A stretch of 64,000 nucleotides of DNA, from positions 101,122,001 to 101,186,000 of the forward strand of contig OX597820.1 in the NCBI GenBank assembly GCA_951406725.2. The letters are read 5' to 3'. The notes beneath the pieces were generated by a model that had not been told where the DNA came from, searched no databases, and saw nothing but the letters and a program-made list of their open reading frames with translations. Shown here in pieces: positions 40,925 to 54,195 of the stretch (position 1 is its first letter; every line of letters starts with the position of its first letter). The DNA is from Octopus vulgaris (Eukaryota). A program made the position numbers and the translations under genes.

Positions 40925-41366
40925 AGTCGAAAAAGATTAGAGGTCTATACAAATCAAATTTTTATGTATAAAAGATCAAAGTGTAAATAGCACAGAAGTA
41001 TGTCTAAGAGATTTCAATTTAAGAAGGGATTTAATAAAAATGATTTTTAAAATTTTATAAAGAAAATAGTACCAGTTACGATGAATCTCATCTTATCAAA
41101 TATCAGTAAAAGATTTATAAAAATTTTAAGTAAAAACAGTTTATCTTCTGTCTGGGAGTTAAGAACATGTCAGACTCCCAAACAGAAGATAAACTGTTTT
41201 TACTTCAAATTTTTATTAGATGAGATTTGATAAGATGAGATTCATCAAAACCAGTACTATTTTCGTTATAAAATTTTAAAAATCATTTTTATTAAATTAT
41301 TAAATTCCCTCTTAAATTGAAATGTCTTAGACTTACTTCTGTGCTATTTCCACCTCCATCTTTCAT
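40925..41366. repeat. Fold-back element 6 (arms ~40967-41160 and 41173-41366)
   Basis: ~190-bp diverged inverted arms; apex AAGAACATGTCAGAC. Confidence 0.9.
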
Positions 41367-41377
41367 ATATATATATA

Positions 41378-41773
41378 CTAGCAGTATCGCCCGGCGTTGC
41401 TTGGGTTTGTAAGGGAAATAACTATATAAGCATTTTTAGAGATGTAAAGTATAATAGCCATCTCAATATGGCTAACCACAAAGGGGGGTGTTACTGTAGC
41501 TTTTTACGTTCTGAGATTTAATAATACATTTTTAGAGAGTTACTTCCCTTATATATGCCAAAAATGCATTAAAAATGGGAAAAATTGATGGTAAATTTTT
41601 TTAAAATCGTAGACTCATCATAGACGCGCACTAATACCCAGAAGGGCTCGATATGAATCACGACTATAAGATACCCGGTTTTGGTTAAACTGCACTGCAA
41701 AATGTGGGAGTAGTTAGGAATCTAAATCGTAGGAGACAGACAGCACACAACATCACTTTTATATATATATAGA
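41378..41773 (-). mobile_element. Non-autonomous Helitron (same family as 11925)
   Basis: TC...CTAG termini on minus strand, subterminal hairpin, A|T target. Confidence 0.85.
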
Positions 41774-41777
41774 TATA

Positions 41778-42075
41778 TCACGTGATCACATGACCAGCCA
41801 GGCTATCAGATGGTACTACACATCACGCTTTGCATTGTTTTAGCCATCAAGTGATGCCACCCTGCTGGCTAAGCGAGCAGGCCAACAGAAGAAAGAGTGG
41901 GAGAAAGTTGTGGTGAAAGAGTACATCAGGTATTGCCACCATCCCCTACTGGAGCCTCATGGAGGTTTAGGTATTTTCGCTCAATAAACACTCACAACAC
42001 CCGGTCTGGGAATCGAAACTGTGATCCTACGACCGCGAGTCCACTGCCCTAACCACTGGGCCATTGCGCCTCCAC
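41778..42075 (-). mobile_element. SINE family C
   Basis: Homologous to 38338-38622. Confidence 0.85.
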
Positions 42076-42097
42076 ACACATATATAATAGTAATAAC

Positions 42098-42143
<46 letters not shown>

Positions 42144-42251
42144 TTAGGGAGTATGGCTCCAAACTTACAGGGAAAAATTAGATTTAGTATTAAATCAAAT
42201 TTAATTGCCTAATAGTAGTGGTTTTATCTCTAATTCATATTTTATATATAT

Positions 42252-42585
42252 ATGGCTCAGTGGTTAGAGCGTCGAGCTTACGATCGTGAGGTTGTGAGCT
42301 CGAATCCCGGACCGGGCTGCGTGTTGTGTTCTCGAGCAAGGCACTTTATTTCACGTTGCTCCAGTTCACTCAGCTGTAGAAATGAGTTGCGACGTCACAG
42401 GTGCCAAGCTGTATCGACCTTTGTCTTTCCCTTGGATAACACTGGTGGCGTGGAGAGGGAGGCTGGTATGCATGGGCGACTGCTAGCCTTCCATAAACAA
42501 CCTTGCCCGGACTTGTGTCTAGGAGGGTAACTTTCTAGGTGCAATCCCATGGTCATTCATGACCGAAGGGGGTCTTTACCCCTTT
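42252..42585 (+). mobile_element. tRNA-derived SINE, family D
   Basis: TGGCTCAGTGGTTAGAGCG A-box, GCTCGAATCCC B-box-like motif, GAGCAAGGCACTTT domain. Confidence 0.8.
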
Positions 42586-42605
42586 ATATATACACAGGAA
42601 GTTAG

Positions 42606-42840
42606 TTATATGGCTGGTCATAGGATGACCAATGGTTTTGCATCCATGAAATGCTTAGCTTTATAGATGGCTTACCAAACAAGTCATTGAAGTCTTATGA
42701 GTTGTCTGTAAGGCTAAGTACATTATGGAAGCAAAACCATTGTTCACACTATGACCAGCAATATAATCAATCTCTTGTGAATACATTACTGCTCTGACTT
42801 TTAGAGCATGCTTCTTTTTCGGGTATATAAGTCACTGGTG
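42606..42840. repeat. Fold-back element 7, diverged (arms 42606-42766, right extension)
   Basis: GCTGGTCATAG..CAATGGTTTTGCATCCAT..CTTAGC versus GCTAAG..ATGGAAGCAAAACCATTG..CTATGACCAGC. Confidence 0.75.
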
Positions 42841-43596
42841 ATATACACACACATGTGCACATGCATGCACATGCGCACACGTATGCACATGCGCACACTT
42901 ACACACACACACAGAGTAGATGATTTAATCCCCACCAGTACTTGACTAGTATTTATTTTATCAACCACATCATCATCATTTTTTTTACTTTCACATTCCG
43001 TCCTACTATAAGCTGGATGTGTCAGAGTCAATATGTATTCAGAGGGAATATTCACCAAAATGGGTTGAAAGAACTCACCTTGTTTGGATTTCATTTTTCA
43101 GTTTTGTTTCTATGGTTAGTTGTGCTTCTAAACACTAACTGGTTTGCAGACTGTACTAGCGGAATTTTTTCCCTTTTTGTAGCACCAACAATAAAGAGGT
43201 GACATACCTTTGTCAAGACTAAAAGGCCCATCAGAAAGCGATAATTAAATAGTGTAGGTGTTTAATGCAGTACAGTATAGGTACAGGTATGTTTGTGTGA
43301 TTAAGACGTTTGTTTCCCAATTACATGGTTTCAGGTTCAGTCCCACTTCTGTGCAGTGGAACTGTGTAAGAGTTAGTATGTGTATATTTGTATCACCATA
43401 TCTCGATGCCACATGACAACTGTAAGTGAGTGTCACCATCACATAAGCAGTGTCTTTCATTATCAATCTTCCATGAGAAAACTTGTCAAGCTATGGTAAA
43501 GTATAACCTTGCCTTAGAGCAAGTGTGGACTGGTGGACATGAAGAGCATCTGGCTGTAGAAAATCTATTTGCAAGCATGGAAAAGTGCATGTTGAA

Positions 43597-43641
<45 letters not shown>

Positions 43642-45699
43642 GTGATAATGACGATGGCAACAATGTTAACAGTGACAACTTTGATGATGACGATGATGAT
43701 GATGACAGTGACAATGATGATGATGATGATGATAATGATGATGCTCTGCTGGTTCAATTACCATTTTATCTTAGAGAGCTAATAACAGTAATATTCTTCA
43801 TCTAAAGGTCATCTAACATTTGATAGCTGAGTTAACATAGTGCAGTGCTCAACTTTTTTCTGAAATCATATTTAGATACAGGCATAGCAACAAGCTTAAG
43901 AAGTTCTTTTTACAATCACAAGGTTCCGAGTTCTGATCCTACCATGTAGCACCCTGGGCAAGTGTCTTCTACTAAAGCCTTAGGTTGACCAATATCTAGT
44001 AAGTAGAATTCAGTAAACAAGAACTGTGTGGAATCAGGTATGTACTTTAATGTTTATATTAATCCTATGTTGAAATCTATTGGCTGATTAGTGAATTAGT
44101 GGTGTTTTTGTGTTTACTGTTGATATTGTAGTAGTTGTTGTTGTTGTCATTGTTTAGCCAAATCATTCTCTGATCCAACATACCTATGACCAAAAGTATC
44201 TAAGCCATGTCTATCTGATCTGTTTAGAGGTAGCTGAGATTACATAACTGAATATGTTCTTTCAAGTTTAACACGGACAAGGGTTGATCTGAGGAAGATT
44301 TGGTTGTTGTGTCCAATAAATTGAACACCCATGTCAATGCTCCCACAATAGTTGTTGTCGTGGCCAGTATTGCTATTTTTATCTTGCACTGGTTAGCTTT
44401 TATTGTTGCTGTGCTTGTGGTTGTTATGATTGTAATTATTGTTTAGCGTAAAGAGATCCATACGTTGAAGTCTTAAATTTCCTCCACTGTTGTTTGGTGT
44501 TGCTTTTCCGGCAAAACGTGTAATCTGGAGGGACAGGTATGGCTGTGTAATTAAGAAGTTTGCTTCTCAACCGTGTGTTTTGGGGCTCAGTTCCATTGCA
44601 TGGCACCTTGGGCAAGTGTCTTCTATAAACAAAGGCCAACCAAAACCTTGTGGGTGTTTCTGGTTGACAAACTGAAAGTAGCCCATATATGCATAAATAT
44701 GCGTGTGTGTGCATGTTTGCGTGTGTATTGCGTATGTTGTATGTTGTGTGTGTGTGCGTGTGTGTTGTGTGTGTTGTGTGTGTGTTGTGTTGTGAGTGTA
44801 TGTGTTGTGTTGTGTTGTGTTGTGTGTGTGTGTGAGTGTGTGTGTGTGAGTGTGTTGTGTTGTTGTGTTGCATGTGTACGTGTGTGTGTGTGTGTGTGTG
44901 GGTGTGTGTGTGGTGTGTATTTGTGTCTGTACCCCACCACGGCTTGATAACCAGAGTTGGTTTGTTTACATCCCCATAACTTAGCAGCTTGACAAAAGAG
45001 ACTGATTGAACAAGTACTAGGTTTTAAAAGATAAAAAAAAAGTCCTGGGTGTCAATTTATTTGACTAAACCCCTTCAGGCAGTCCTTAGCATGGCTGCAG
45101 TCTAATGACTGAAATAAATAAAAAACAAAAGACAAAAGACAATCGATAAAAGTTAAAAGATAAGAACCACTCATTTCAGAGTCACTTGTTTTCAGTTCAC
45201 TGTGTGTACATGTCCAGGCTGCTTTTTACTCAGTAGACTGGGAGATTCTTACCTAGCTTGGAAACAAGTGGAAGATACCAAAAAGAAGGGCATCCAACTG
45301 TTCAAAATCTTCACCTTAAAGCAGAGCTTCTCAAACTATCTGATGTGGCATACTGGCAGTTGTTTTTTATTTTTTTCTAATGTGTCAGGGACTAGTAATA
45401 TTTTTTAGTAATATTAATTTATACCAGAAACGATATATATAATGAATATAATAAAAGTCGACAATTTTTGTTTTTATCTTGTATTTATTTTGTAAACAAA
45501 TGATACAAAATTAAATAAGCATTTTTTAAAAATATTTCTTTCTTTTCTGGAAACTTGCCACATACCGGCTGAACAAAGACTTGTGAGTGCATTTGGCAAA
45601 TGGAAACCGAAAGAATCCCATCATATGTAGCATAGAAAGCAGGTGTTAAATGATGATGATGATAATATATATGTATGTATGTGCATGTGTATACATGCA

Positions 45700-45745
<46 letters not shown>

Positions 45746-46907
45746 GACTACTGGTCTGTGATTGTAAGATAAAAAAAAGTACTCAATCTGGTAAGAGATA
45801 GATATTATTTAATAAACACAAAATATATTTTTAAGTGCTACTATTAGTTTCATGCACTGAGAGCATACCATACAGTACTTTCTAACACATCTGATAAGCA
45901 CAATTATCTGGCACTGCCAATATGGCATAATGAACTGTGGGCAGTGCCTGATGATTGTGCTAAAACACCAGACATGTAAAAAGCACCAACCGATCGTGGC
46001 CACTGCCAGATTCCCCTGGCACTTGTGCCGGTGGCACATAAAAAGCACCCACTACACTCACGGAGTGGTTGGCATTAGGAAGGGCATCCAGCTGTAGAAA
46101 AACTGCCAGATCAGACTGGAGCCTGGTGCAGCCTCCTGGCTTCCCAGACCCCGGTCGAACTATCCAACCCATGCTAGCACGGAAAACGGACGTTAAACGA
46201 TGATGATGATGATGATGTAAACATGCACACAAGATGAGCTCCTTTCAGTTTCCATCTATCAAATCCACTCATAAGGCTTTGGTTGACTCAGGGCTATATA
46301 TAGTAGAAGACTTTTGCCCAAGTGCCATGCAGTAGGAATGAACCCAAAACTACATAGTTGAAAAGCAAACTTCTTAACCACACAGCCTTGCCAGCACCTA
46401 TGACTATCCCTGTGCTAATGGATCAAAAAAACAAAAAGAACTATGAGTCATCAAGTAAAGTTATTAATTATCAACAGTTTTGACTGGCATGCTGTATAAA
46501 TGTGCTGCTAACAACCAGCGTATTAATTATATACAGTATTTAAACTGGTATTCCATATTTCTGAATGACTGTGTACTAAAGGCTATGACAACTACCACCA
46601 CCACCACCACTGCCATCACCTCCAGCACCACCACCATTATCACCACCACCACCATTATCATCACCACCAGCACCACCACCGCCATTACCACCACTGCCGC
46701 CACTGCCGCCGCCGCCATAACCACCACCACCAACAACAACAACAAGATCAATGCCATCACCACCACTACATCCACCAACAACAAGATCAACACCAGCACC
46801 ACCATCACCACCACCACCACCACCACCAACAACAACAACAGCAAGATCAATGCCATCACCACCACTACATCCACCAACAAGAACAACACCACCACCACTA
46901 ACAACAA

Positions 46908-47932
46908 TTTCCGGCCATCTCCGGCAATTTCCGGCAATCTTAGGCAATTTTCGACAATTTCCGGTAATTTCCGGCCATCTCCGGCAATTTCCGGCAATTT
47001 TTTTTTTTTTTATAATTTTTAAAAAATTAATTTTTTAGGAAAAATTTTGAAAAATTTTTAGGGAAGGTTTTCAAAAATTTTTTGGGAAAATTTTCAAAAA
47101 TTTTTGAGTAAAAATGTTCAAAAATTTCTGGGAAAAAATTTTAGAAATTTCGGGGAAAAATTTTCAAAAGTTTTTGTGAAAATTTTTCAAAAATCTTTGG
47201 GAAGAATTTTCAAAAATTTTTGGGGAAAATTTTCAAAAATTTTTGGTGCTCCAGCAATCTCCGGCTATTTCCGGAAATCTCCGGCAGTTTCCGGCAATCA
47301 CCGGCAATATCCGTCAGTTTCCGGCAATTTTTGCAATGATTTTTAGGAAAAACTTTTAGGGAAATTTTCAAAGATTTTTGAGAAACTTTTCAAAAATTTT
47401 TGGGAAAGTTTTTCAAAAGTTTTTGGGAAAATTCTTCCCAAAAATATTTTTGAAAAGTTCTTGGGAAAATTTTTCAAAAATATTTTTGGGAAGAATTTTC
47501 AAAAATTTTTGGGGAAAATTTTCAAATATTTTTGAGGCAATCTCCGGCAAATTCCACTAAATTCCGGGAAATTGGTAAAAATTTTGAAAAATTTTTGCGT
47601 AAAATTTCCAAAAATTTTGGGGAAAAAATTTTCAAAAACCTTGGGGCAATCTCCGGATATCGGCTATCTCCAGCAATTTCCGGCAATTTCTGGCAATCTC
47701 CAGTGATTTCCAGCAATCTCCAGTAATTTCCGGCAATCTCCGGCAATTTCCGACAATTTCCGGCCATCTCCGGCAATTTCCGGCAATTTCCGGCAATCTC
47801 CGGCAATTTCCGGCAAATTTTCAAAAATTTTTGCGGAAAATTTTCAAAAGTTTTTAGGAAAAATTTTCAAAAATTTTTGGGAAAAATTCTGAAAATATTT
47901 GGGGGAAAAATTCTCAAAAATTTTCAAAAATC
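46908..47932. repeat. Composite satellite: (CCGGCAATYT)n blocks alternating with GGGAAAATTTTCAAAAATTTTT blocks
   Basis: Three to four alternations of 10-bp GC-containing units and ~22-bp self-complementary A/T units. Confidence 0.9.
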
Positions 47933-48321
47933 AGCCTTGACTGGCTTCTGTGCCAGTGGCACGTTAAAGGTACCAACCGACTGTGGCTGCTGCCAGCCTT
48001 CTCAGGCACCTGTGCCGATGGCATATAAAAAGCACCCTGGCATTAGGAAGGGCATCAAACTAGAGAAACACTCTCAGATCAGACTGGAGCCTGGTGCTGC
48101 CTCCTGGCTTCTCAGACCCTGGTCGAACCGTCCAACCCCTGCTAGCATGGAAAACGAATGTTAAACGATGATGATGATGATGATGTGTTCTCTTGCGGCT
48201 GTAAGGGTTTTAAAACTCTTATTTCTAGCAATGTAGGTGCTACCCTGCATCATCAGTTACAATTAGTGACAATAGAATTTTCCTTTTTGGTTTTATATAG
48301 CCACCTTCATTATTATATATA

Positions 48322-48525
48322 TACTCTTTTACTTGTTTCAGTCATTTGACTGCGGCCATGCTGGAGCACCGCCTTTAATCGAGCAACTCGACCCTGGGAC
48401 TTATTCTTTTGTAAGCCCAGTACTTATTCTATCGGTCTCTTTTGCTGAACCGCTAAATAACGGGGACATAAACACACCAGCATCGGTTGTCAAGCAATGC
48501 TAGGAGGACAAACACAGACACACAA

Positions 48526-48560
<35 letters not shown>

Positions 48561-48731
48561 CATATATACGACAGGCTTCTTTCAGTTTCCGTCTACCAAA
48601 TCCACTCACAAGGCTTTGGTCGGCCCGAGGCTATAGTAGAAGACACTTGCCCAAGGTGCCATGCAGTGGGACTGAACCCAGAACCATGTGGTCGGTAAAC
48701 AAGCTACTTACCACGCAGCCACTCCTGCGCC

Positions 48732-48733
<2 letters not shown>
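48322..48733 (-). mobile_element. SINE family A
   Basis: Full reverse copy. Confidence 0.9.
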
Positions 48734-48763
<30 letters not shown>

Positions 48764-49556
48764 GTTGGTGTGTTTACATCCCCATGACTTATCAGTTTAG
48801 CAAAAAGGATCAATACAATAATTACCAGGTTTAAAAAAATATAATTTTCCTGGGTTAATTTGTTCAACTAAAACTCTTCAAGGCAGTGTGCTCCAGCATG
48901 GCCATACTCTAATGACTGGAAATAGTAAAATATAAAAGATAAAGATACATATATAACTTCTTGTATGAGTTGCAATAATACTTATATACATATTAATATA
49001 AACATAATGCATGTGTATATGCATGAATACATGTATGCGTAGATACATGCATACATTCATACATACATGCATACACACATACAAACACACATACATGCAA
49101 GCATACATGCAAACACTTATACAAACATACATATATACATGCATGCACACATACATTCTTACATACATGAATACATGCATGCATACATGCATACATACAT
49201 ACAAGACCACTACATCGCATCACACTTTGAAGGCTACGTATTTGCAATCCAGGTACATACATGCATACATACATACATACATACATACATACATACATAC
49301 ATACAAAGATACGTATATACATACAAAGATACATACATACATATATACATACATACATATGTACATACATACATATATACATACATACATACATACATGC
49401 ATACATACATACATACATACATACATGCATGCATGCATGCATGCATACATACATACATACATACATACATACATACATACATACATACATACATACATAC
49501 ATACATGCATGCATGCATACATACATACATACATACATACATACATACATACATAC

Positions 49557-50165
49557 AAGACCACTACATCACATCACACTTTGAAGGTTATGTATTTGCA
49601 ATCCAGGAACAGGAGATTGCCACAAAGTATCTGATGAACAAGAAAACCAGTGACGCTCTTGTAATCCCAAGGTGCAACAGCATGTGTAGGCTATGTCATG
49701 TTTCTGTGGAAGACATTATGCTTGTGATTAGCAGCTGTCCTAAAATGTCGGAACGGTACTACCTCCCTATGCAGTATGATGTTGCTAAAACAATTTACAA
49801 TGCCATTCGCAAAAAAGACTGCCCTGAAATAAACTTAGAAAGTCTCTCTGTTATGAAATACATTCATAAACACCAACTCAAGGAATACTGGTGGAATATT
49901 CTCATCAAAACTTCTGTCAAATGTAAGCATAAGAGGCCAGATATTGTTGGTTGGGACAAGGGGCAAAGGTATGTACCATCTTATATACATACAAATAACA
50001 AATATAATCTGTAAGTAGAACTGTAAAAAGCACAAGACTTTTCTTAGGTTTAAAATGTGACATTGTTTTTTTCCACTACATTCCAAAGATGGAGCTTTGT
50101 ATCTTTGTTAGAAACCAGTTTCTTCTTCAGAGGAAGAATTTAAATGATTAAAAACAGTAAGGAAA
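49557..50165 (+). mobile_element. R4/Dong-clade LINE 3' fragment (zinc knuckle, restriction-like endonuclease start, 3' UTR) in (CATA)n
   Basis: FEGYVFAIQEQEIATKYL...CRLC..EDI.LVISSC...YWWN...HKRPDIV.WD; CATA repeats on both sides. Confidence 0.85.
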
Positions 50166-50189
50166 CATGCATACATACCTCCATACCTC

Positions 50190-50221
<32 letters not shown>

Positions 50222-50294
50222 CATACATACATGCATGCATGCATGCACATACATACATACATACATATATACATACATACATACATACATACAT

Positions 50295-50542
50295 ATCAAT
50301 ATATAAAGTATATTAAATACATGAAATATAAAAAATGTATATGTTTACACACAAAATGGTCCAACTCATACAGGATACAAATGGTATAGAGAATTAAGGG
50401 GTTGAAGAAAAGTATTACAACCCCTTTCAACCCCTTTAATTTTCTATATCATTTGTAATTCTGTGTAAGTCGGACCTTTTTTGTATGTAAACATATATAC
50501 ATTTTTTGTATTTCATGTATTTAATATCCTTTATATATTGAT
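50295..50542. repeat. Fold-back element 8
   Basis: ATCAATATATAAAG...TTAAGGGGTTGAA versus TTCAACCCCTTTAA...CTTTATATATTGAT. Confidence 0.9.
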
Positions 50543-50622
50543 CTGTCTAACTTGCTTATCCCTACATCTATTTCTATACCTGCTCAAGTTTAAATCTCTT
50601 GAGCACTACTACATATACATAT

Positions 50623-51005
50623 ATTGTTTCATGCTACTTCATTTTATTAAACACTGTAAGTATTAGATCAGTTTTAAAATGTCGAGCAATCTTCAGCCAC
50701 ATATAGAATTTTCCAATTAAACGGACAATGCACATTCTTATCCCTATTTCATGGGATAGAATGTGCATTGTTCGTTTAATTGGAATATTCTATATGTGAC
50801 TGAAGATTGCTCGGCATTTTAAAACTGATGTAATACTTACAGTATTTAATAAAATAAAGTAGCATGAAACAATTGTACTACTCTACCTTGGATATCCTTG
50901 TTGCTTATTTTGATTATAATCACCCCCATTTTGATTTATAGGGATAATACCATACAAAATTCTGGTGCCTTTAACTTAAGTACCATAAAATTTTGCTGAA
51001 CTTAT
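50623..51005. repeat. Fold-back element 9 (arms 50623-50873, right extension to (TA)n)
   Basis: ~120-bp inverted arms centred near 50748. Confidence 0.95.
50796..50881 (+). ncRNA. Putative hammerhead ribozyme with long loop 2
   Basis: GTG(A/G)-CTGAAGA-TTGCT...AGCAT-GAA-ACAATTGT-A-CTAC; palindromic stem III ACAATTGT; the left arm has GTGG, which pairs with CTAC. Confidence 0.55.
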
Positions 51006-52490
51006 ATGTGTATATATATATATATATATATTTATATTTCATATATATACATACATATATATATATACACACATACAAACACTGTCTTCTTCATTGCTAT
51101 TACCAGTTTTAATACACTGGTTAAACGAGTATAATTCTGCACATCTCGAGTTTTACATATTAGTTGTACATATCAGTAATCCAACACCTATCACTTTCCA
51201 TATTGTATATGTGCACCACTTTGATCCTTACCTCTGCTGTTACTGAAAGCTTTAATACCCACCAACATTTTTAAAGTCATTTCAGCTATCTCATGTCTCC
51301 CTCATGTTTCAAATCTGACAGAATATGCTCATTTTTAAAATCTCTCCAATCACTGTGTTTTCTTTATTTCTTTGTATGTGGTGTTTTACTAATATAAAAC
51401 ATCAGAAATGCAGAATCTAATCTAGCTTTTTGCATCAAGATAAAAAAGTTTCTTTATTGCTTGCAGTGATTGCTATACTTTCCCTTCTGTGTCTCAATTC
51501 GAAAAATTTGATAAATTTTTTTCTGTCTTTATCTCTTTTATCTTTTTTACTTGTTTATGTCGTTAGACTGTGGCCATGCTGGGGCACCCACTTCAATTGT
51601 TTTTTTTCCTTTAGTTGAATGAAACAACCCCAGTACTTAATTATTTATTTTATGCCTGGTACTTATTCTAGTGGTCTCTTTGCTGAACTGCTAAGTTACA
51701 GGGACATAAACACACCAGTTCCAGTTGCCAAGCAGTGATGGGGGACAAACACAGACACAAAGACACAAACACACACACACACACGCACACACACTCACAA
51801 CAGATTTTTTCCCAGTTTCAATCAACTAAATCCACTCATAAGGCTTTGGTAAGCCTGAGGCTATAGAAAAAGACACTTGTCATTCAGTGGGACTGAACCT
51901 GGAACCACGAGGTCAAGAAACAAACTTCTCACCACACAGCTATATTTGTACCTCTTCTAGAACTCATTTTTAGAGTTACCTGTTCATGACAAAAACAGGT
52001 AATTTTAGGAGGTAATTTTATATTTCATATCCACCAGCTAACCGGCAGAGCAAATGCCAGTGAGTGGTAGCAAACTTTGTGATTGAAATCTGAGACAAAG
52101 TTTCAGTATCTGGTTGAATCATTTCACTGCATGAATTCCTTGTAACTGTGACTCTGGGACATGGTTGGTAACCTGAACAGAGATGAACTTCAAAACACCA
52201 GATTTACTTGCTTTTGATGTTTGATATGAGGATAAAAAAACTCATATCAAACATCAAAAGAATTTTATAAGTATTAAGGTGGGGGATAGCTATTTCTATA
52301 CCTAGGTGTAGACATGGCAAAGAGGTTAAGAAAGTCACATTCTGGCCATATGGTTTTCAGTTTAGTCCCACTGCATGGAACCTTGGTAAAATGTCTTCCC
52401 TTGTACTTCTAAACTGACAAAAGCCTTGTGAGTGGATTTGGTAAATGTAAACTAAAACAAGTCCAGCTCATCATATGTGTGTGTGTGTGT

Positions 52491-52539
<49 letters not shown>

Positions 52540-52608
52540 AATATATACTTATATGTGTGTGTGTGTGTGTGTATACACACATGTACATATATATGGATAT
52601 ACACACAC

Positions 52609-52668
<60 letters not shown>

Positions 52669-52716
52669 CATATATATATCCACAGATATATATATACATA
52701 CATACATACATACATA

Positions 52717-52755
<39 letters not shown>

Positions 52756-53021
52756 CAAAAATGCAGATAGTGAAAATCACGTTTTTAATTGTAGAATTCA
52801 CTATACAAAGCCAACAATTGTTTGCTTTTTTATCCCTTTTTTTTCTTCTTATATATATATATATGTATGTATGTAGGAGTGGCTGTGTGGTAAGTAGCTT
52901 GCTAACCAACCACATGGTTCCGGTCAAGAGTCTTCTACTATAGCCTCAGGCAGAACAAAGCCTTGTGAGTGGATTTGGTTGACGGAAACTGAAAGAAGCC
53001 TGTCGTATATATGTATATATA

Positions 53022-53440
53022 TCTCTTATTATAAAAGGCAGATTTTATCTGCCTCCCTTTGGGAGTTATAGAAATCTACAATATAGGATTTCTTCAATTA
53101 CAATTTACCTGGCATTTTTGAGAGTACAATGCATCGCGTCATGCCAGGTCCAGTTTTTTAAATTTAAACTCCAATTAAGCAAAATTTACAGAAAACTCAC
53201 ATTCTGGTGTGTGTGTCAAATGCTTTTCTTAGTCTGGTTTACACCACACGCAAACGCACACACACAGTAGGCAACGAATAAAATGAAAGTAAATAGCGAC
53301 AGAGTGATTTGAGGAAGACTAAAGTGAAAGTATTCTGTCTATGACGCTGATAGATATATGAGTAAAATGTATGGGAAGCTAAGAGCTAAGAGTGAGTGAA
53401 AATGTTCTTGGAAGAGAGTAATTAGTAATAAAGTAAACAT
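53022..53440 (+). mobile_element. Possible Helitron-like 5' fragment
   Basis: Starts A|TCTCTTATTATAAAAG inside (TA)n, like the other Helitron 5' ends; no 3' end found. Confidence 0.35.
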
Positions 53441-53464
53441 ACACTCATACATACATACATACAT

Positions 53465-53497
<33 letters not shown>

Positions 53498-53729
53498 TAC
53501 ACACACACATACATACACACACACATACATACATACACACATACATACATACATACATACATATACATACATACATACATATACATACATACATACACAC
53601 ACACACATACACACACACACAGTATTGAAGCTTGAGAACAATCAGATACATTTGCAACACATCTGTTGAAAATATTATTGTTCACACACATACATATACA
53701 TATATACATACAGACAGACAGACAGATAG

Positions 53730-53760
<31 letters not shown>

Positions 53761-53789
53761 ATCCAGCATGGCCACAACCTCAAGGCTGA

Positions 53790-54175
53790 AACATATAAAA
53801 GAATAACAGAATATAAATGTGTGCAAAGTACAAGAAATATTAATGCAGTATATGGGGATTGGACAATAAGCGTAAGGCAGTGTCAATGGTGGTTCCAGAA
53901 ATCCCGAGCCATAAACTACAGCCTAGAAGACGAGCCTCATCCTGAAAGATCTGTAGAACTCGACAAGGACATCCTGAAAACCCTGGTGGAACAAAATATC
54001 ATCGTAACTGTTGAGGAACTAGCAGAGAAGCTTGGATTTGGTCATTCAACCATTCATTGACACCTGTGTGCTATCGGAAAAGTCAGCAAATTGGGTCAAT
54101 GGGTTCCTCATGAACTTTCCGAGTCTAATTGCATGCAGAGAGTGAATGTATGCTTTTCTTTGCTGTCATATCTCA
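53790..54175 (+). pseudogene. Mariner transposase fragment (HTH domains to WVPHEL)
   Basis: RNINAVYG...QWWFQK...LEDEP...TVEELAEKLG..HSTIH*HL..IGKVSKLGQWVPHEL. Confidence 0.9.
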
Positions 54176-54195
54176 CCACTACTGCGCTATGTATA

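Noticed and set aside
42252-42325. tRNA genes at SINE heads (also 22450-22520, 38550-38622)
   Set aside because: A/B boxes are present but there is no proper acceptor stem, and each continues into a SINE body.
46576-47038. Gly-rich, Thr-rich or Pro-rich ORFs
   Set aside because: Derived from (ACC)n/(AAC)n repeats fused to the satellite; open in several frames on both strands.
49067-50014. 315-aa ORF as a gene
   Set aside because: Chimera of (CATA)n read-through and a LINE fragment.
50100-50140. CTGAAGA on the minus strand as a hammerhead
   Set aside because: Lies antisense in the LINE 3' UTR, with no correctly placed GAAA or stem I.
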